A DNA stretch of 58,172 nucleotides from a virus (Duplodnaviria > Caudoviricetes). Made by a program: the position numbers and the translations under genes. Location: the IMG/VR virus record IMGVR_UViG_3300036766_000221, positions 1 to 58,172 of that record. One strand, 5' to 3'. Shown piece by piece: positions 9,401 to 19,033 of this stretch (position 1 is the first letter of the stretch; each line of letters begins with the position of its first letter). The notes under the pieces were generated by a model. It saw nothing but the letters and a program-made list of their open reading frames with translations. It did not search any database and was not told the DNA's origin.

Positions 9401-9455
9401 CAATGTACTGCACTAGTGCACCAACAGTCAAGAGAAAAGTGCACCTGTGCACCTA
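9401..9455. promoter_or_regulatory. Divergent promoter/operator region
   Basis: GTGCACC at 9416, 9439 and 9447; palindrome TGCACTAGTGCA; minus-strand TTGACT-18-TACATT. Confidence 0.6.
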
Positions 9456-9460
9456 ACCAT

Positions 9461-9880
9461 ATGGAAGAAAAGAGAAAAAAGTTTGGGATGGAGATATTGC
9501 CGAGCCTCCACAAGCAGGCAAAGCAAGCAGCCCTGGATCAAGGCATTCCATTGTGGATGGTAACTGAGAGGGCATTTAGGGGTCTGCTGCCCCCAAATGA
9601 GGGGTCCGTCACCGAGATTTCTCCCGATATTGCGGAGTCCCTGGTCCAGATACGCTATTCCCTGGGGGCAATCGCAAGCCAGGCCCAGAGCCTAACGCAG
9701 GAACTTTCTGCGCTCCTTGGGAGGCAAAAGCATGGCGGCTCTGTTGGTGATGCCCTCCGAGCATCCGAGAGTTCTATTGCAACGCTTAAGGAATCTGGAG
9801 AGCGAATTGTGCGCGACGCTGCGCCTATACGATCAGGCCGAAAGCGCCGTGTTGGCGGAGCTGGCAGCGGTCATGCGTGA
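9461..9880 (+). CDS. Repressor-position RHH-like regulator
   Basis: KKFGMEI.PSLHKQAKQAALDQGIPL...ERA resembles an RHH; divergent from the Cro-like gene. Confidence 0.55.
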   Translation: MEEKRKKFGMEILPSLHKQAKQAALDQGIPLWMVTERAFRGLLPPNEGSVTEISPDIAESLVQIRYSLGAIASQAQSLTQELSALLGRQKHGGSVGDALRASESSIATLKESGERIVRDAAPIRSGRKRRVGGAGSGHA

Positions 9881-9970
9881 GGAACCTACGTTGATTCCGT
9901 TCATCGCGCGCCGGTTGCTTCGCTCGGATCGATCGCTGGTGGAACGGCTTCGGGCGGGCTGGAGGATTGG

Positions 9971-10861
9971 ATGCAGATAGCGAAGCTCGTGATACTGGCG
10001 TCTCTGGCAACGGCAGCGCGGGCGGATTCCATCCATATCGAAAGCTGGGATGGAGCAGGAATCAACCCGCTAACGGTTGCTGATGGCCTCCTGACGTATT
10101 TAGGCGGTTTCAGCGCTGTGCGCTTTATGGGAGATCTAGGCACTGGGCATACTGCATTTTGCTTTGACCCGTGCCAGGCAGGCATTACCACAGGCCCCCT
10201 GATCGGCAAAATAGGGGATTCCTGGATTTTTGCCGATGGCGGGAATGTTCACATCGGCGGCATTACGAGCGTGCCCTTTCCACCAGGCACAAGCCCCATA
10301 CCGGATGTCACGACAGATCCTACGGCCTGCGTTGACGCTGGGTTGCTTGGTCTGAACCTCTTCGGCGGTCCGCCATGCCTTGCAGACGGGACCGTGACAG
10401 GCAGATTCATCGGGAACGTCACGGTGACGGTCCTGGGTCTTGTCGAGATAGCCCCTGACTTTTTCAACGGGACTGTACGCATTACCGGGCCAATTGCTTT
10501 CGATATCACGCCAACGCTGGCCTTGGGCCTGGGCATTGTTCCCGGAGATTATTCCGGAACGTATTCGGCATCTGGATTTTTCGATACCGACAAGCCGCTG
10601 GCTGATAATCTTGCAGGTTTTAACGGGGAGATCCCCCGCGCAGAACAAACCTTCTACGGCAGGTCCGTGCCCGAACCCTCAGCGCTCGTTCTTCTGCTCT
10701 CCACGGTCCTGTGCCTGGGATGGATTGCGCGCCGCTGGGGACTGCCTCAGCGTGCCGTCCCTGCCGCTTATACCGACCCATTTATTGAATCTTCACATCG
10801 ATTCCGTTTGTTCCAATCGTCCTCGGATTCGGTGATACCGGCGATCCCGATGCAATTGTGA
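9971..10861 (+). CDS. PEP-CTERM exported protein (moron)
   Basis: Signal peptide ending ARA-DS; C-terminal VPEPSALVLLLSTVLCLGWIARR. Confidence 0.85.
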   Translation: MQIAKLVILASLATAARADSIHIESWDGAGINPLTVADGLLTYLGGFSAVRFMGDLGTGHTAFCFDPCQAGITTGPLIGKIGDSWIFADGGNVHIGGITSVPFPPGTSPIPDVTTDPTACVDAGLLGLNLFGGPPCLADGTVTGRFIGNVTVTVLGLVEIAPDFFNGTVRITGPIAFDITPTLALGLGIVPGDYSGTYSASGFFDTDKPLADNLAGFNGEIPRAEQTFYGRSVPEPSALVLLLSTVLCLGWIARRWGLPQRAVPAAYTDPFIESSHRFRLFQSSSDSVIPAIPMQL

Positions 10862-13800
10862 TTGCCAGTGCTTTGGAATTGCTTGCAGCGTTGGCGTCGT
10901 TCACCGCGACCGTGAAACTGTAAATCCCGGATAGACTTGGCGTCCCGGATATCTTACCGGTAGAAGCGGTCAGTGTCAGCCCGCTCGGGAGTGCCCCACC
11001 GGCTATGGACCAAGTTAACGGGTTCGTTCCGCCCGTCTCCGCCAGCGTCTGAGAATACGGTATTCTGACAGTCCCGGCGGCCATGGGGGTGCTCGTGGTA
11101 ACTGAAGGCGCTGCGTTGATCGTCAGACTGAACGCTTTGTTCGCCGTGGCGCTGAGCGAATCCGTAATCGTCGCAGTGAAGCTCGCTGTAGTCGCCGAAC
11201 TCGGCACGCCCACAATGACTCCTGTTGCGGACAGCAACGATAGACCAGCCGGTAAGCTGCCAACCGTTACCGCCCATGTGAAAGGGGCGGTCCCCCCACT
11301 AGAATTCAGCGTTGTCGAATAAGCCGTGCCCACGGTGCCCTGAGACAAAGGAGACGGCGTGGTGACGTTCAACCCGCTGATGAGGATGGACAGAGCGGCG
11401 GTTGCCTGATTTCCACCGGCGTCGGTAGCCCGAACGGTGAAGTTGGAAGTCCCGGAGGTGGTGGGCGTTCCTGAAATGGTCGCTCCTGAAAGCGTCAGGC
11501 CCGCTGGCAGCGTTCCCGCGGTTACCGCCCAGTTATATGCCCCGAAGCCCCCGGAAGCTGCCAGGGCCTGCGAATACGCGCTGCCTACGGTTCCACCAGG
11601 CAGAGAGGACGTGGTGACGCCGAGATTCGATGCAACGGTGATTGCCAGCGCTTTACTGGCGTTGGAGCCCGCGTTATCAGTGACGCGCATGGTGAAGTTC
11701 GACGTTCCGGCAGTATGCGGGCTCCCGCTAATCGTCGCTCCAGCAAGCGATAGCCCGGCCGGAAGTGCACCGGCGGTAATCGTCCAGGAGAACGGCGACG
11801 TGCCACCCGAGTTGGCGAGGGTTTGCGAATACGATATACCCGTGGTCCCCGCGGGCATCGGGGTCGAGCTAGTGACCGACGGAGCCGCGTTGATCGTGAG
11901 CGAGAATGCCTGGGGATCCGTGGCCGCGACTGAATCGGTAACCGTAGCGGTGAAAGTGCTTGTCGCTGCAACGGTAGGCGTGCCACTCACGATACCGGTC
12001 GAACTGGCGAGAGATAGACCGGTTGGCAAGCTGCCAGACGTAACCGCCCACGTGTATGGCGGCGTTCCACCGGAAGCCGCGAGCGTTTGCGAATAGACCA
12101 CATTGATAGTGTCGGCTGGCAAGGCCGGGGCGGTTACGATGTTAAGAGCATTGGAAACCCCAAGAGCATCCCAATCCGCTCCGTTCCAAACCTTCGCGTG
12201 GATCTGACGAAGTGTGCCATAGCGGACCTCACCCCAGGTGACGGTGGGAACGCCGGACAGCATAGCAATCGTGGGATGTTCTGCCGCTCCCGCAATGGTA
12301 TCGGCATTCAGCGAAGCTCCCAGTTTGCTCCAGGCCGAGCCATTCCATTGAGAGACGAAAACCTGCGGCCTTGCAGCCGTGGTCCCATATTGAGGTGGGA
12401 GAGCCGAGTAGCTGCTTGAAGTCCAGGTATTCCCGGATTCTTCCCATGTAACCAGGAGATTGGTCCCGTCATTGATGAGTTCCGGCCGGTAGGCCCAGCC
12501 ATTTACCGAATCACGATTTAACGGTCCAGCACCGACCGTGGACCATGCGGAACCGTTCCACGTCCGCACATACAGATTGGCGGCGCTAGTAGCGGTCCGC
12601 TCGGTGAACGCGATGTAAAGCTGCCCCATGAACGTCGCCGAGATTGCGAAGTCCCGATTTGAAGTGTTGACATTAGCCGCACCACCTTGGTTTACCCAGG
12701 CTGATCCACTCCAGCAGGAGGCGTAGGTTTTAGGGACAGTCGTGGTGATCTGATTGGTTCCAGTAAACTCGGTGTACTCCGTCCATGCTACGCAGGGCTG
12801 CGTGCCGTTGCTGACGATTGCAATGGAACCGGCCAGCGTCTTCGGTTGCCCAGACCCAGTAGCATCGTCGCGGTTTAGAGGGCCGCCAAGCTGCACCCAA
12901 GCCGAACCGCTCCACTGATAGACGACAACATAAACGCGCGCTGGGATTGTGGTGCGGGTGTCATACTGGCGCATCACGACGTAGGGAGTGCCTCCAATAC
13001 CCACCATTGCGCATTGGCCTTGCTGAACACCTGAAATCTGCGTGGTGATATATCCTAAACTCGTCCAACTGGAGCCGCCCCAGCTTTTGACAATTTCCTG
13101 ATCGAATGGTGCACCGTTGTTCCCCTGATGCCAACAAGCATGGGGAACGCCGGAAATATTGATGAGACTGATTTCTCCAGTATCGAACTGCGTCGCCTCA
13201 CTCGCCATGGCGGCATAGGTTGCACCCAAATTGGTGGGAGTTCCGCCCACCATCTGCTGGGCGTAAGGGTAGAAATAAGTCCCGTTCGAGCTGTCGGTCT
13301 TGGACCCGGACTCGATCCAGGCTTGATATAGCGTGGCGCCATTAACCGTTGCCGATGGATTACGCGCCCATGAATCGGAGTTACGATTCAAGCTGCCTGC
13401 CGAAGCTGAATAGGCGACAGATATCGCGCCTGCGTTACCTCCCGATTGGTAGCGGAACGCATACAGGCGATGCCCGGAAAGATCTAGATCTTCCATGAGA
13501 ACCACGTCATCTTCCGGCAGATAGACCAAACGCTCGAAAATGTTGGAGTTCCCGGCCGTCGGATTAACGCTCGGTGAGAGCTGCGTCCACGTGTTGGCCG
13601 CTGGATCGTAAATCCATGTGTCATTCCGGATATTGGTTGTCGGGTCGTCTCCGCCGCCGTACATGAGGAACTTATTCGACGCCTTCAAGTAAACAAACCC
13701 GGTTACCTGGCGCGCGGCTGGAGGGCCGCCAGGACTTTTCGCCGCCCATGACTTCGCCACCGGGTCATATGCCCAGACCCCGTTCTGCAGGCCGCCGGCT

Positions 13801-14525
13801 ATTCCAGAATATCCTCCGAACAGGTAGATTTTCCCGTCGTCGGTGTTGAAATCCATCGCACCCTGAAGCAGATCGGCAGGAGGACATTGCGTGGGATTGG
13901 CGGCGCAAAAAGCGTCGGCCACGCCTATGGACCAGGTATTTGTCAAGATGTTGAACTCGTTGGTTCCCGCCACGCCACCGCTTCCGGTACCGCCATGCAG
14001 AACGAGCTTATGGTGCTGGGAGTCGAACACACCGGTCATCAATTGATTGTTGAAATTTATGCCGGTCGCCGTCTGTTTGACGCGCCCCACCTGGCCATTG
14101 AAATCGAATTCATAAGTACCGCCGGGCCTTGTAGACTGATTGCTTCCTGAAAAGCAGCAGCCTCCGTAGACCTTCGCGGTAGTCGTGTCGATCCCCATCC
14201 CCGCTAACGCATGACCGCCTTCTGGGAGGTTTTCGCTGTCGAAGGTTGATCCCTGCGCCAGGACGTTCCAGCGGTTGGTCTTGAAATCGTAGCAAATCCA
14301 GGCGTGATTTCTCTCCGAGGAAACTTCCCGATACATGCCCCAGAAGCAGGCTCCATAGCCGGGAACGGGGAGAAACTTTTCCCATCCGACGATACGATGG
14401 TCATACCCGCCCGGCGAAAGAAGTGTCCAGCTATTTACAGGGAGAGCCGTGCCGCCCTGGTTGTTCAAAAGGTTGGCTCCGTAAGCCGCGCCGCATAATG
14501 CGAGAACAAGTAACAGTTTGCGCAT
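10782..14525 (-). CDS. Kelch-repeat plus putative Ig-domain protein with signal peptide
   Basis: MRKLLLVLALCGAAYG; Kelch YLFGG/LMYGG; about five ASGGTPPYTW..GSLP.GL repeats. Confidence 0.85.
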   Translation of the reverse strand: MRKLLLVLALCGAAYGANLLNNQGGTALPVNSWTLLSPGGYDHRIVGWEKFLPVPGYGACFWGMYREVSSERNHAWICYDFKTNRWNVLAQGSTFDSENLPEGGHALAGMGIDTTTAKVYGGCCFSGSNQSTRPGGTYEFDFNGQVGRVKQTATGINFNNQLMTGVFDSQHHKLVLHGGTGSGGVAGTNEFNILTNTWSIGVADAFCAANPTQCPPADLLQGAMDFNTDDGKIYLFGGYSGIAGGLQNGVWAYDPVAKSWAAKSPGGPPAARQVTGFVYLKASNKFLMYGGGDDPTTNIRNDTWIYDPAANTWTQLSPSVNPTAGNSNIFERLVYLPEDDVVLMEDLDLSGHRLYAFRYQSGGNAGAISVAYSASAGSLNRNSDSWARNPSATVNGATLYQAWIESGSKTDSSNGTYFYPYAQQMVGGTPTNLGATYAAMASEATQFDTGEISLINISGVPHACWHQGNNGAPFDQEIVKSWGGSSWTSLGYITTQISGVQQGQCAMVGIGGTPYVVMRQYDTRTTIPARVYVVVYQWSGSAWVQLGGPLNRDDATGSGQPKTLAGSIAIVSNGTQPCVAWTEYTEFTGTNQITTTVPKTYASCWSGSAWVNQGGAANVNTSNRDFAISATFMGQLYIAFTERTATSAANLYVRTWNGSAWSTVGAGPLNRDSVNGWAYRPELINDGTNLLVTWEESGNTWTSSSYSALPPQYGTTAARPQVFVSQWNGSAWSKLGASLNADTIAGAAEHPTIAMLSGVPTVTWGEVRYGTLRQIHAKVWNGADWDALGVSNALNIVTAPALPADTINVVYSQTLAASGGTPPYTWAVTSGSLPTGLSLASSTGIVSGTPTVAATSTFTATVTDSVAATDPQAFSLTINAAPSVTSSTPMPAGTTGISYSQTLANSGGTSPFSWTITAGALPAGLSLAGATISGSPHTAGTSNFTMRVTDNAGSNASKALAITVASNLGVTTSSLPGGTVGSAYSQALAASGGFGAYNWAVTAGTLPAGLTLSGATISGTPTTSGTSNFTVRATDAGGNQATAALSILISGLNVTTPSPLSQGTVGTAYSTTLNSSGGTAPFTWAVTVGSLPAGLSLLSATGVIVGVPSSATTASFTATITDSLSATANKAFSLTINAAPSVTTSTPMAAGTVRIPYSQTLAETGGTNPLTWSIAGGALPSGLTLTASTGKISGTPSLSGIYSFTVAVNDANAASNSKALAITIASGSPVSPNPRTIGTNGIDVKIQ

Positions 14526-14659
14526 TATCTGACCACCTGATGATTCATGTACTGGTAATAATGCACAGCGCAGCAGTTCGCACCACCCCCAGTAGCGCGT
14601 TGACTGTTCAGAATGTCGGTCGCGCTGCTCAAAATGAGAATGAGAAAGAGCTTGCGCAT
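14525..14659 (-). pseudogene. 44-aa remnant beginning with a signal-peptide-like N-terminus
   Basis: MRKLFLILILSS...HQVVR; start 1 nt after the upstream stop, stop overlaps the next ATG. Confidence 0.45.
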
Positions 14660-14660
14660 T

Positions 14661-17222
14661 TTAATTCACCACTGTCGAACAACCGGCGCCTTGAATTGTC
14701 ACGGCGCCGCCTACCCCGTTCTTGGGCAGCGTCAGAGTGTAGGTGCAAGTGTTGCTGTTGTCCTTCCAGACGGTCACCCAATTGCCCGCGCCGTCATCGG
14801 CCGTCGCCGGGGCAGTGCTCACCGTGTTCCCGTCGCTCGCATTGCGCGCCAACGCGACGTTCAAGAACCAGTCCTGCCGGTGGGCCGCGCCGGCTTCTTC
14901 TTCAGTGCGCCAGGAACCCGGTTCCGAACTTCCGACGGTTGCGTCAGGATTGATGAAATCCACGACACCGCCCACGCCTTGCGTCGAGTCGCATTGGTTA
15001 ATCATGCACTCGTTGTAGTTGGTGCCGTACGTGGGAGTACACGAAGCGTCGGTTGTCGCGCCGATATCGAACTCGTGTCCCGATCCCCCGATGGGGCAAA
15101 GTTTGTTCGTGCCTCCGCCGCTATAGGGCGCGGTCCCGGCCACGGTCATCCACATGTCCATCTGGCCCGCGTAGACGTATTGGGTGGCCGAGGCGCAGGC
15201 GCCCACGCAATTCACAAGGCCATGAGGACCGCCGTGCCCCGCCGTGAACCACGTGACTGGCGCCGCACTGACGGTCCGATTGTGGTTGATCGTGACGTGG
15301 TTGCCGGAAATCGTTGGCTGCTCGATAGAATGCAACAGCCACTTCTTGGTCATCGCCGGGTTCGCAGAGTTGAGCTGGTCGTAGATGATGACGTAAGCGG
15401 CAGTGCCGCGCGGAATAAAGACTAGGCCCCGGACCGCATTTTGCACCCGGTAGGTGCGGTTTGTAGTGTTCGCCTGATCGTAGATACTGGAACTGGTGTG
15501 GGGATTGTGGCTGTAGGTGTTGTTGTAGGCTGCCGTCATGTCGATGAACGAGGCGGAGTAGCCTGCGCTCACGGCGAATCCTATATTAGTACAAGCGTGA
15601 AACTCCTCTCTATCCCGCCGCCATTCGTTGACATCGGCCGGAGCTTGCATCGCCGCCGATAAATTCCCGGTCTGCCATCCTGAGCCCACTCGTCTCTGGC
15701 CCCCATCGTTAGGCATCGGAACGTTCGAAGTCGTGCCATCCTTACGTAGTACGCCAACGGTTTCAGAAGCATAATAATCGTTGCCGGAATTCGCCGTTCC
15801 GTCTATGACCAAAGGGACGTTCTGGCTGATGGCCTGCTTCGCGTACAGGTAGTAATGCATCGAAGCGCTACCCGCGATGTAGGTACCGCTGCGAATTGCC
15901 AGCGCCCCCCGGCTGAAAATAGTAAATGCTCCGGCATCTTGAATATCGTGTGACCAGTAGTGTTCCCCGCAACGCAGGGTGGCGAAGGTGTCGTTCTCTC
16001 CCCATCCTGTACGGAATACGGTTCCCCAATTTGTGAAATTGCGGACCTTTTGCAAGTTGGCCCTGCTGGTCGCGGTGTTACTGGCGGAGTCGGGAGTTAA
16101 GAAGGGAAAGGCCGTTGGCTCAAAACCATACGGAGTGATCTGCGACCAATCCACCTCTCGCGCCCAGCCGCGCACAATCGACCCGTCGTCGTCGGCTTTG
16201 TACGCTTCGGCCAGAAGCTCCAGCGTGCCGAATTGAGCGGGTTGTCCTCCTGTGGCCGTGTACTCTGGGACCAACCATCCGCCATCCCGCGATCCATTGA
16301 TGCGCTCCAGGGTGAAATCCGGGCGCGCCATGTACATGGTCTGGTACATGATGTTCTTGAGCCACGGATAATCCGTCGTGAACAGGCCGGGGTAATTGTT
16401 GGTGGCTCGTGCCCAAGAAAGCATCACTGGCCCGATATGTTTCAACATGCCGAAACTGACGGCGCCAATGTATTCCCACGTCTCATGCCACATACCCGTT
16501 CCGTCAGTAGTGGCAAGAGTGCCCTTGGTTCCACGCGGACCGAACACTTGCTGCCACACCGGAACTTGCATGTTCAATACATAATCCATTGCATAACGGA
16601 GATGCGCCAGTGAGGCTGGGCTTTTCTCCGCGGTAATAGTACGAGAGTACGCTGCGAGAGCAACAGGCAGGCCGAGCATCGTGTCATCGATGTACTCCAC
16701 ATCGTTGTATGGGCTGGGGCCGATTGAAGCCAGACCATTCTCCCAATCTTGGGAGTAAGCGTTTAGATCGGCGAGAAAGCCAGTCCTTGTCGTCGTGTCC
16801 AGATCGTTGTAGAGCCAATCATAGGCGATGGCCGTGCAGAAGGAACCGGATAGGGAACCCACTCCCCAAGTGTTCGCGTTCCCGCCATTCCGGTTCCACG
16901 ACTTAATTAAAGTCAGATAGGTGGTATGGCTTGGACCGGAATTCAACGCATCCGCCATATAGGCGATCAGCAGGTAGCGGCAGTCCCAGTAAACCTTCCC
17001 GGAGGACTGAGTCCATGCATTTGCAGTGTCGAAGAAATATTTCGATCCTCCGGAGGTTTTCGAGACGGCCCTTTGCGCCCAGACGGCGTTCAGGTACGTG
17101 GTATCCGGCGCTCCCAGGCGCGGATGGCTATCCACGTAACCCGCCGGGATGGATGGCGCGTGATCTCCGATGGCGCCGAATGCGCTCACCGCAACGAGCA
17201 AGACAGAGAGAAGCTTCATCAT
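14661..17222 (-). CDS. Heparinase II/III-like polysaccharide lyase with signal peptide
   Basis: HPRL, AIAYDWLY, G.WHE..EY, FRTGW and H...H..QDAGAFTIF motifs. Confidence 0.75.
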   Translation of the reverse strand: MMKLLSVLLVAVSAFGAIGDHAPSIPAGYVDSHPRLGAPDTTYLNAVWAQRAVSKTSGGSKYFFDTANAWTQSSGKVYWDCRYLLIAYMADALNSGPSHTTYLTLIKSWNRNGGNANTWGVGSLSGSFCTAIAYDWLYNDLDTTTRTGFLADLNAYSQDWENGLASIGPSPYNDVEYIDDTMLGLPVALAAYSRTITAEKSPASLAHLRYAMDYVLNMQVPVWQQVFGPRGTKGTLATTDGTGMWHETWEYIGAVSFGMLKHIGPVMLSWARATNNYPGLFTTDYPWLKNIMYQTMYMARPDFTLERINGSRDGGWLVPEYTATGGQPAQFGTLELLAEAYKADDDGSIVRGWAREVDWSQITPYGFEPTAFPFLTPDSASNTATSRANLQKVRNFTNWGTVFRTGWGENDTFATLRCGEHYWSHDIQDAGAFTIFSRGALAIRSGTYIAGSASMHYYLYAKQAISQNVPLVIDGTANSGNDYYASETVGVLRKDGTTSNVPMPNDGGQRRVGSGWQTGNLSAAMQAPADVNEWRRDREEFHACTNIGFAVSAGYSASFIDMTAAYNNTYSHNPHTSSSIYDQANTTNRTYRVQNAVRGLVFIPRGTAAYVIIYDQLNSANPAMTKKWLLHSIEQPTISGNHVTINHNRTVSAAPVTWFTAGHGGPHGLVNCVGACASATQYVYAGQMDMWMTVAGTAPYSGGGTNKLCPIGGSGHEFDIGATTDASCTPTYGTNYNECMINQCDSTQGVGGVVDFINPDATVGSSEPGSWRTEEEAGAAHRQDWFLNVALARNASDGNTVSTAPATADDGAGNWVTVWKDNSNTCTYTLTLPKNGVGGAVTIQGAGCSTVVN

Positions 17223-17223
17223 A

Positions 17224-19017
17224 TTATCGAGTCAAACTAAACTGAAGCGCCGCCGAGGCGCTAACCCAAGCTATACTGCTAAGGTCAGTGGTGATCCCTA
17301 CTGAAGCGCCACTCCCTGTGGCTATGGCGGAACTCGACTCACCAAAACGGTAGTTGAAAGTGGTTACACCATCAGCATCACCACTTATCTGGGAGAATCC
17401 ACGGGTATCTCCGTAATTCGCAATTTTGGTTAGCGCGCTGTCGCTTGAGTACATGAGAAGATAGGCGCCGGGCTGAAGAGTGCAAATACTTCCACTTACG
17501 CCAGAGCCGGAAGCCCATGTGAATGCCTTGATTCCAGTAGCGTTAATATTTAAGCTTGCTGTCGCATTGCCACTTGTTCCTACCGTGCTCAAACAGACCG
17601 GAGAAGTCAACGTAGCTTCCGCATATATCGCTATCTGCGCCCCGCAAGTTCCACCGCACGTTCCAGATGCTGTGGTGCCGATGTGAAATTTCACTTTTGA
17701 CGATGTGATTGGCGCGAATACCGTAAATCCTTGAGAATGACCGCGAAGAGTAGTGCTGATTGGTAAGGAATCTGCGGAAGAATAGGAATTTCCCCAAATC
17801 GCCCAGCCAAGAGGGTTGATGGCGGTGGCGGCGCTACTGCCTCCCCATGTTTGCGCGATGTAGTTGGTGCCGTCAGACCAGATCTGCATGCCGGTGGGCG
17901 CCGAAGAGGAGCCGGCCGGAATCGTCAAATTGGCCGCCGCTCCGTTGATGTTCTGACCGCTGCGGGCGACCGTCACCACCCCCGACCCGTAGTTGATGAT
18001 GCCGATGCTTTGGCCACTGGCGGGCTGTGAACCGGAGGCCACCAAGGTGATCGTGAACGTTCCGGATGCCACGGGAATCGTCTTATAGTTGGCGAAGTCC
18101 GCGGCAAGTACCTGGTAAGTTCCGGTCTGCGCATTGGTTGCAAAGAGAGCCAGCAGGGCATTCGCAAGTGGCGACTGCATCTCGAACTGCGTGCCGTCGT
18201 AAACCAGGTCCACCGCCTGGCCATTGCCGATGTCTCCGGGAGCCAGCGCCGCGGCGGTGATGCCGTTCTTGGTGATGCTCTTGGCCCCAAGTCCGCTCAC
18301 GTCGATCGTGGCGGCTCCGGTGTTCGCGAAGTTCGAGATCATGCGGATGAGCGTGCCACTCACATACGATGCGACCGCCGGCGACGGTGCACATACAAAG
18401 GCGTTCGCGCTCCCAGTGGTAGTGCATAGAACTGGGGCTGACATCGCTGTCGCTCCCGCCTGTGCTGAAATGTTATTCGATGTACGCGTCATCACGCCGT
18501 TTGCACCAGGATCGGCCATGCCGGAACCAGAGGGCGAGACCCCCTGAATCTCAGTGTTCATATCGATCAGCGAAACGCTGGCTGCGCCCGTAGAGGCCGT
18601 CTGAACTTTGCCAATGACAATATTAGCTGTAGGGAAAGACGTTGCGGCGCTATCATGACCATCACCGGCGACCGTAGGAGAGTTCCAGACATAATGATCC
18701 ACGGTAGTGGTCCCATCGACTACGAGGGGAACCAACCCGGCAAAGGCTATCAATGCCGAACCGGTCGTTGTGCAATTCTGCACGCAGATCCCGAGGAATC
18801 CGGCCGTAGCTCCGGTGCCGCAAACCACGGCCTTACCGGAACTCAAGCACGCCGTCTTGAACTGCGTGGTACCGGTGCTTGTATCGTTCGGGATCTGTTT
18901 GACCCAGGGGTAAGCATTCCAATTCTGAGCGGCGAGCCGCTGCACATTGGTCGGCCAAAATAGCGAGGCCACTATCAAAGCCAGCGCCAGTAGTGGGAGA
19001 ACGATATATTTCTTCAT
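17224..19017 (-). CDS. Tail-fibre/decoration-like protein with N-terminal hydrophobic signal
   Basis: ANTGAATIDVSGLGAKSI...GDI..GQ..LVYDGT fibre domain; N-terminal MKKYIVLPLLALALIV. Confidence 0.7.
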   Translation of the reverse strand: MKKYIVLPLLALALIVASLFWPTNVQRLAAQNWNAYPWVKQIPNDTSTGTTQFKTACLSSGKAVVCGTGATAGFLGICVQNCTTTGSALIAFAGLVPLVVDGTTTVDHYVWNSPTVAGDGHDSAATSFPTANIVIGKVQTASTGAASVSLIDMNTEIQGVSPSGSGMADPGANGVMTRTSNNISAQAGATAMSAPVLCTTTGSANAFVCAPSPAVASYVSGTLIRMISNFANTGAATIDVSGLGAKSITKNGITAAALAPGDIGNGQAVDLVYDGTQFEMQSPLANALLALFATNAQTGTYQVLAADFANYKTIPVASGTFTITLVASGSQPASGQSIGIINYGSGVVTVARSGQNINGAAANLTIPAGSSSAPTGMQIWSDGTNYIAQTWGGSSAATAINPLGWAIWGNSYSSADSLPISTTLRGHSQGFTVFAPITSSKVKFHIGTTASGTCGGTCGAQIAIYAEATLTSPVCLSTVGTSGNATASLNINATGIKAFTWASGSGVSGSICTLQPGAYLLMYSSDSALTKIANYGDTRGFSQISGDADGVTTFNYRFGESSSAIATGSGASVGITTDLSSIAWVSASAALQFSLTR

Positions 19018-19033
19018 TTGAGTAAAGCTCCTT

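Noticed and set aside
9750-9980. Overlapping ORF (MPSEHPRV...) in the repressor 3' end
   Set aside because: Plausible, but it overlaps extensively and has no motif or SD support
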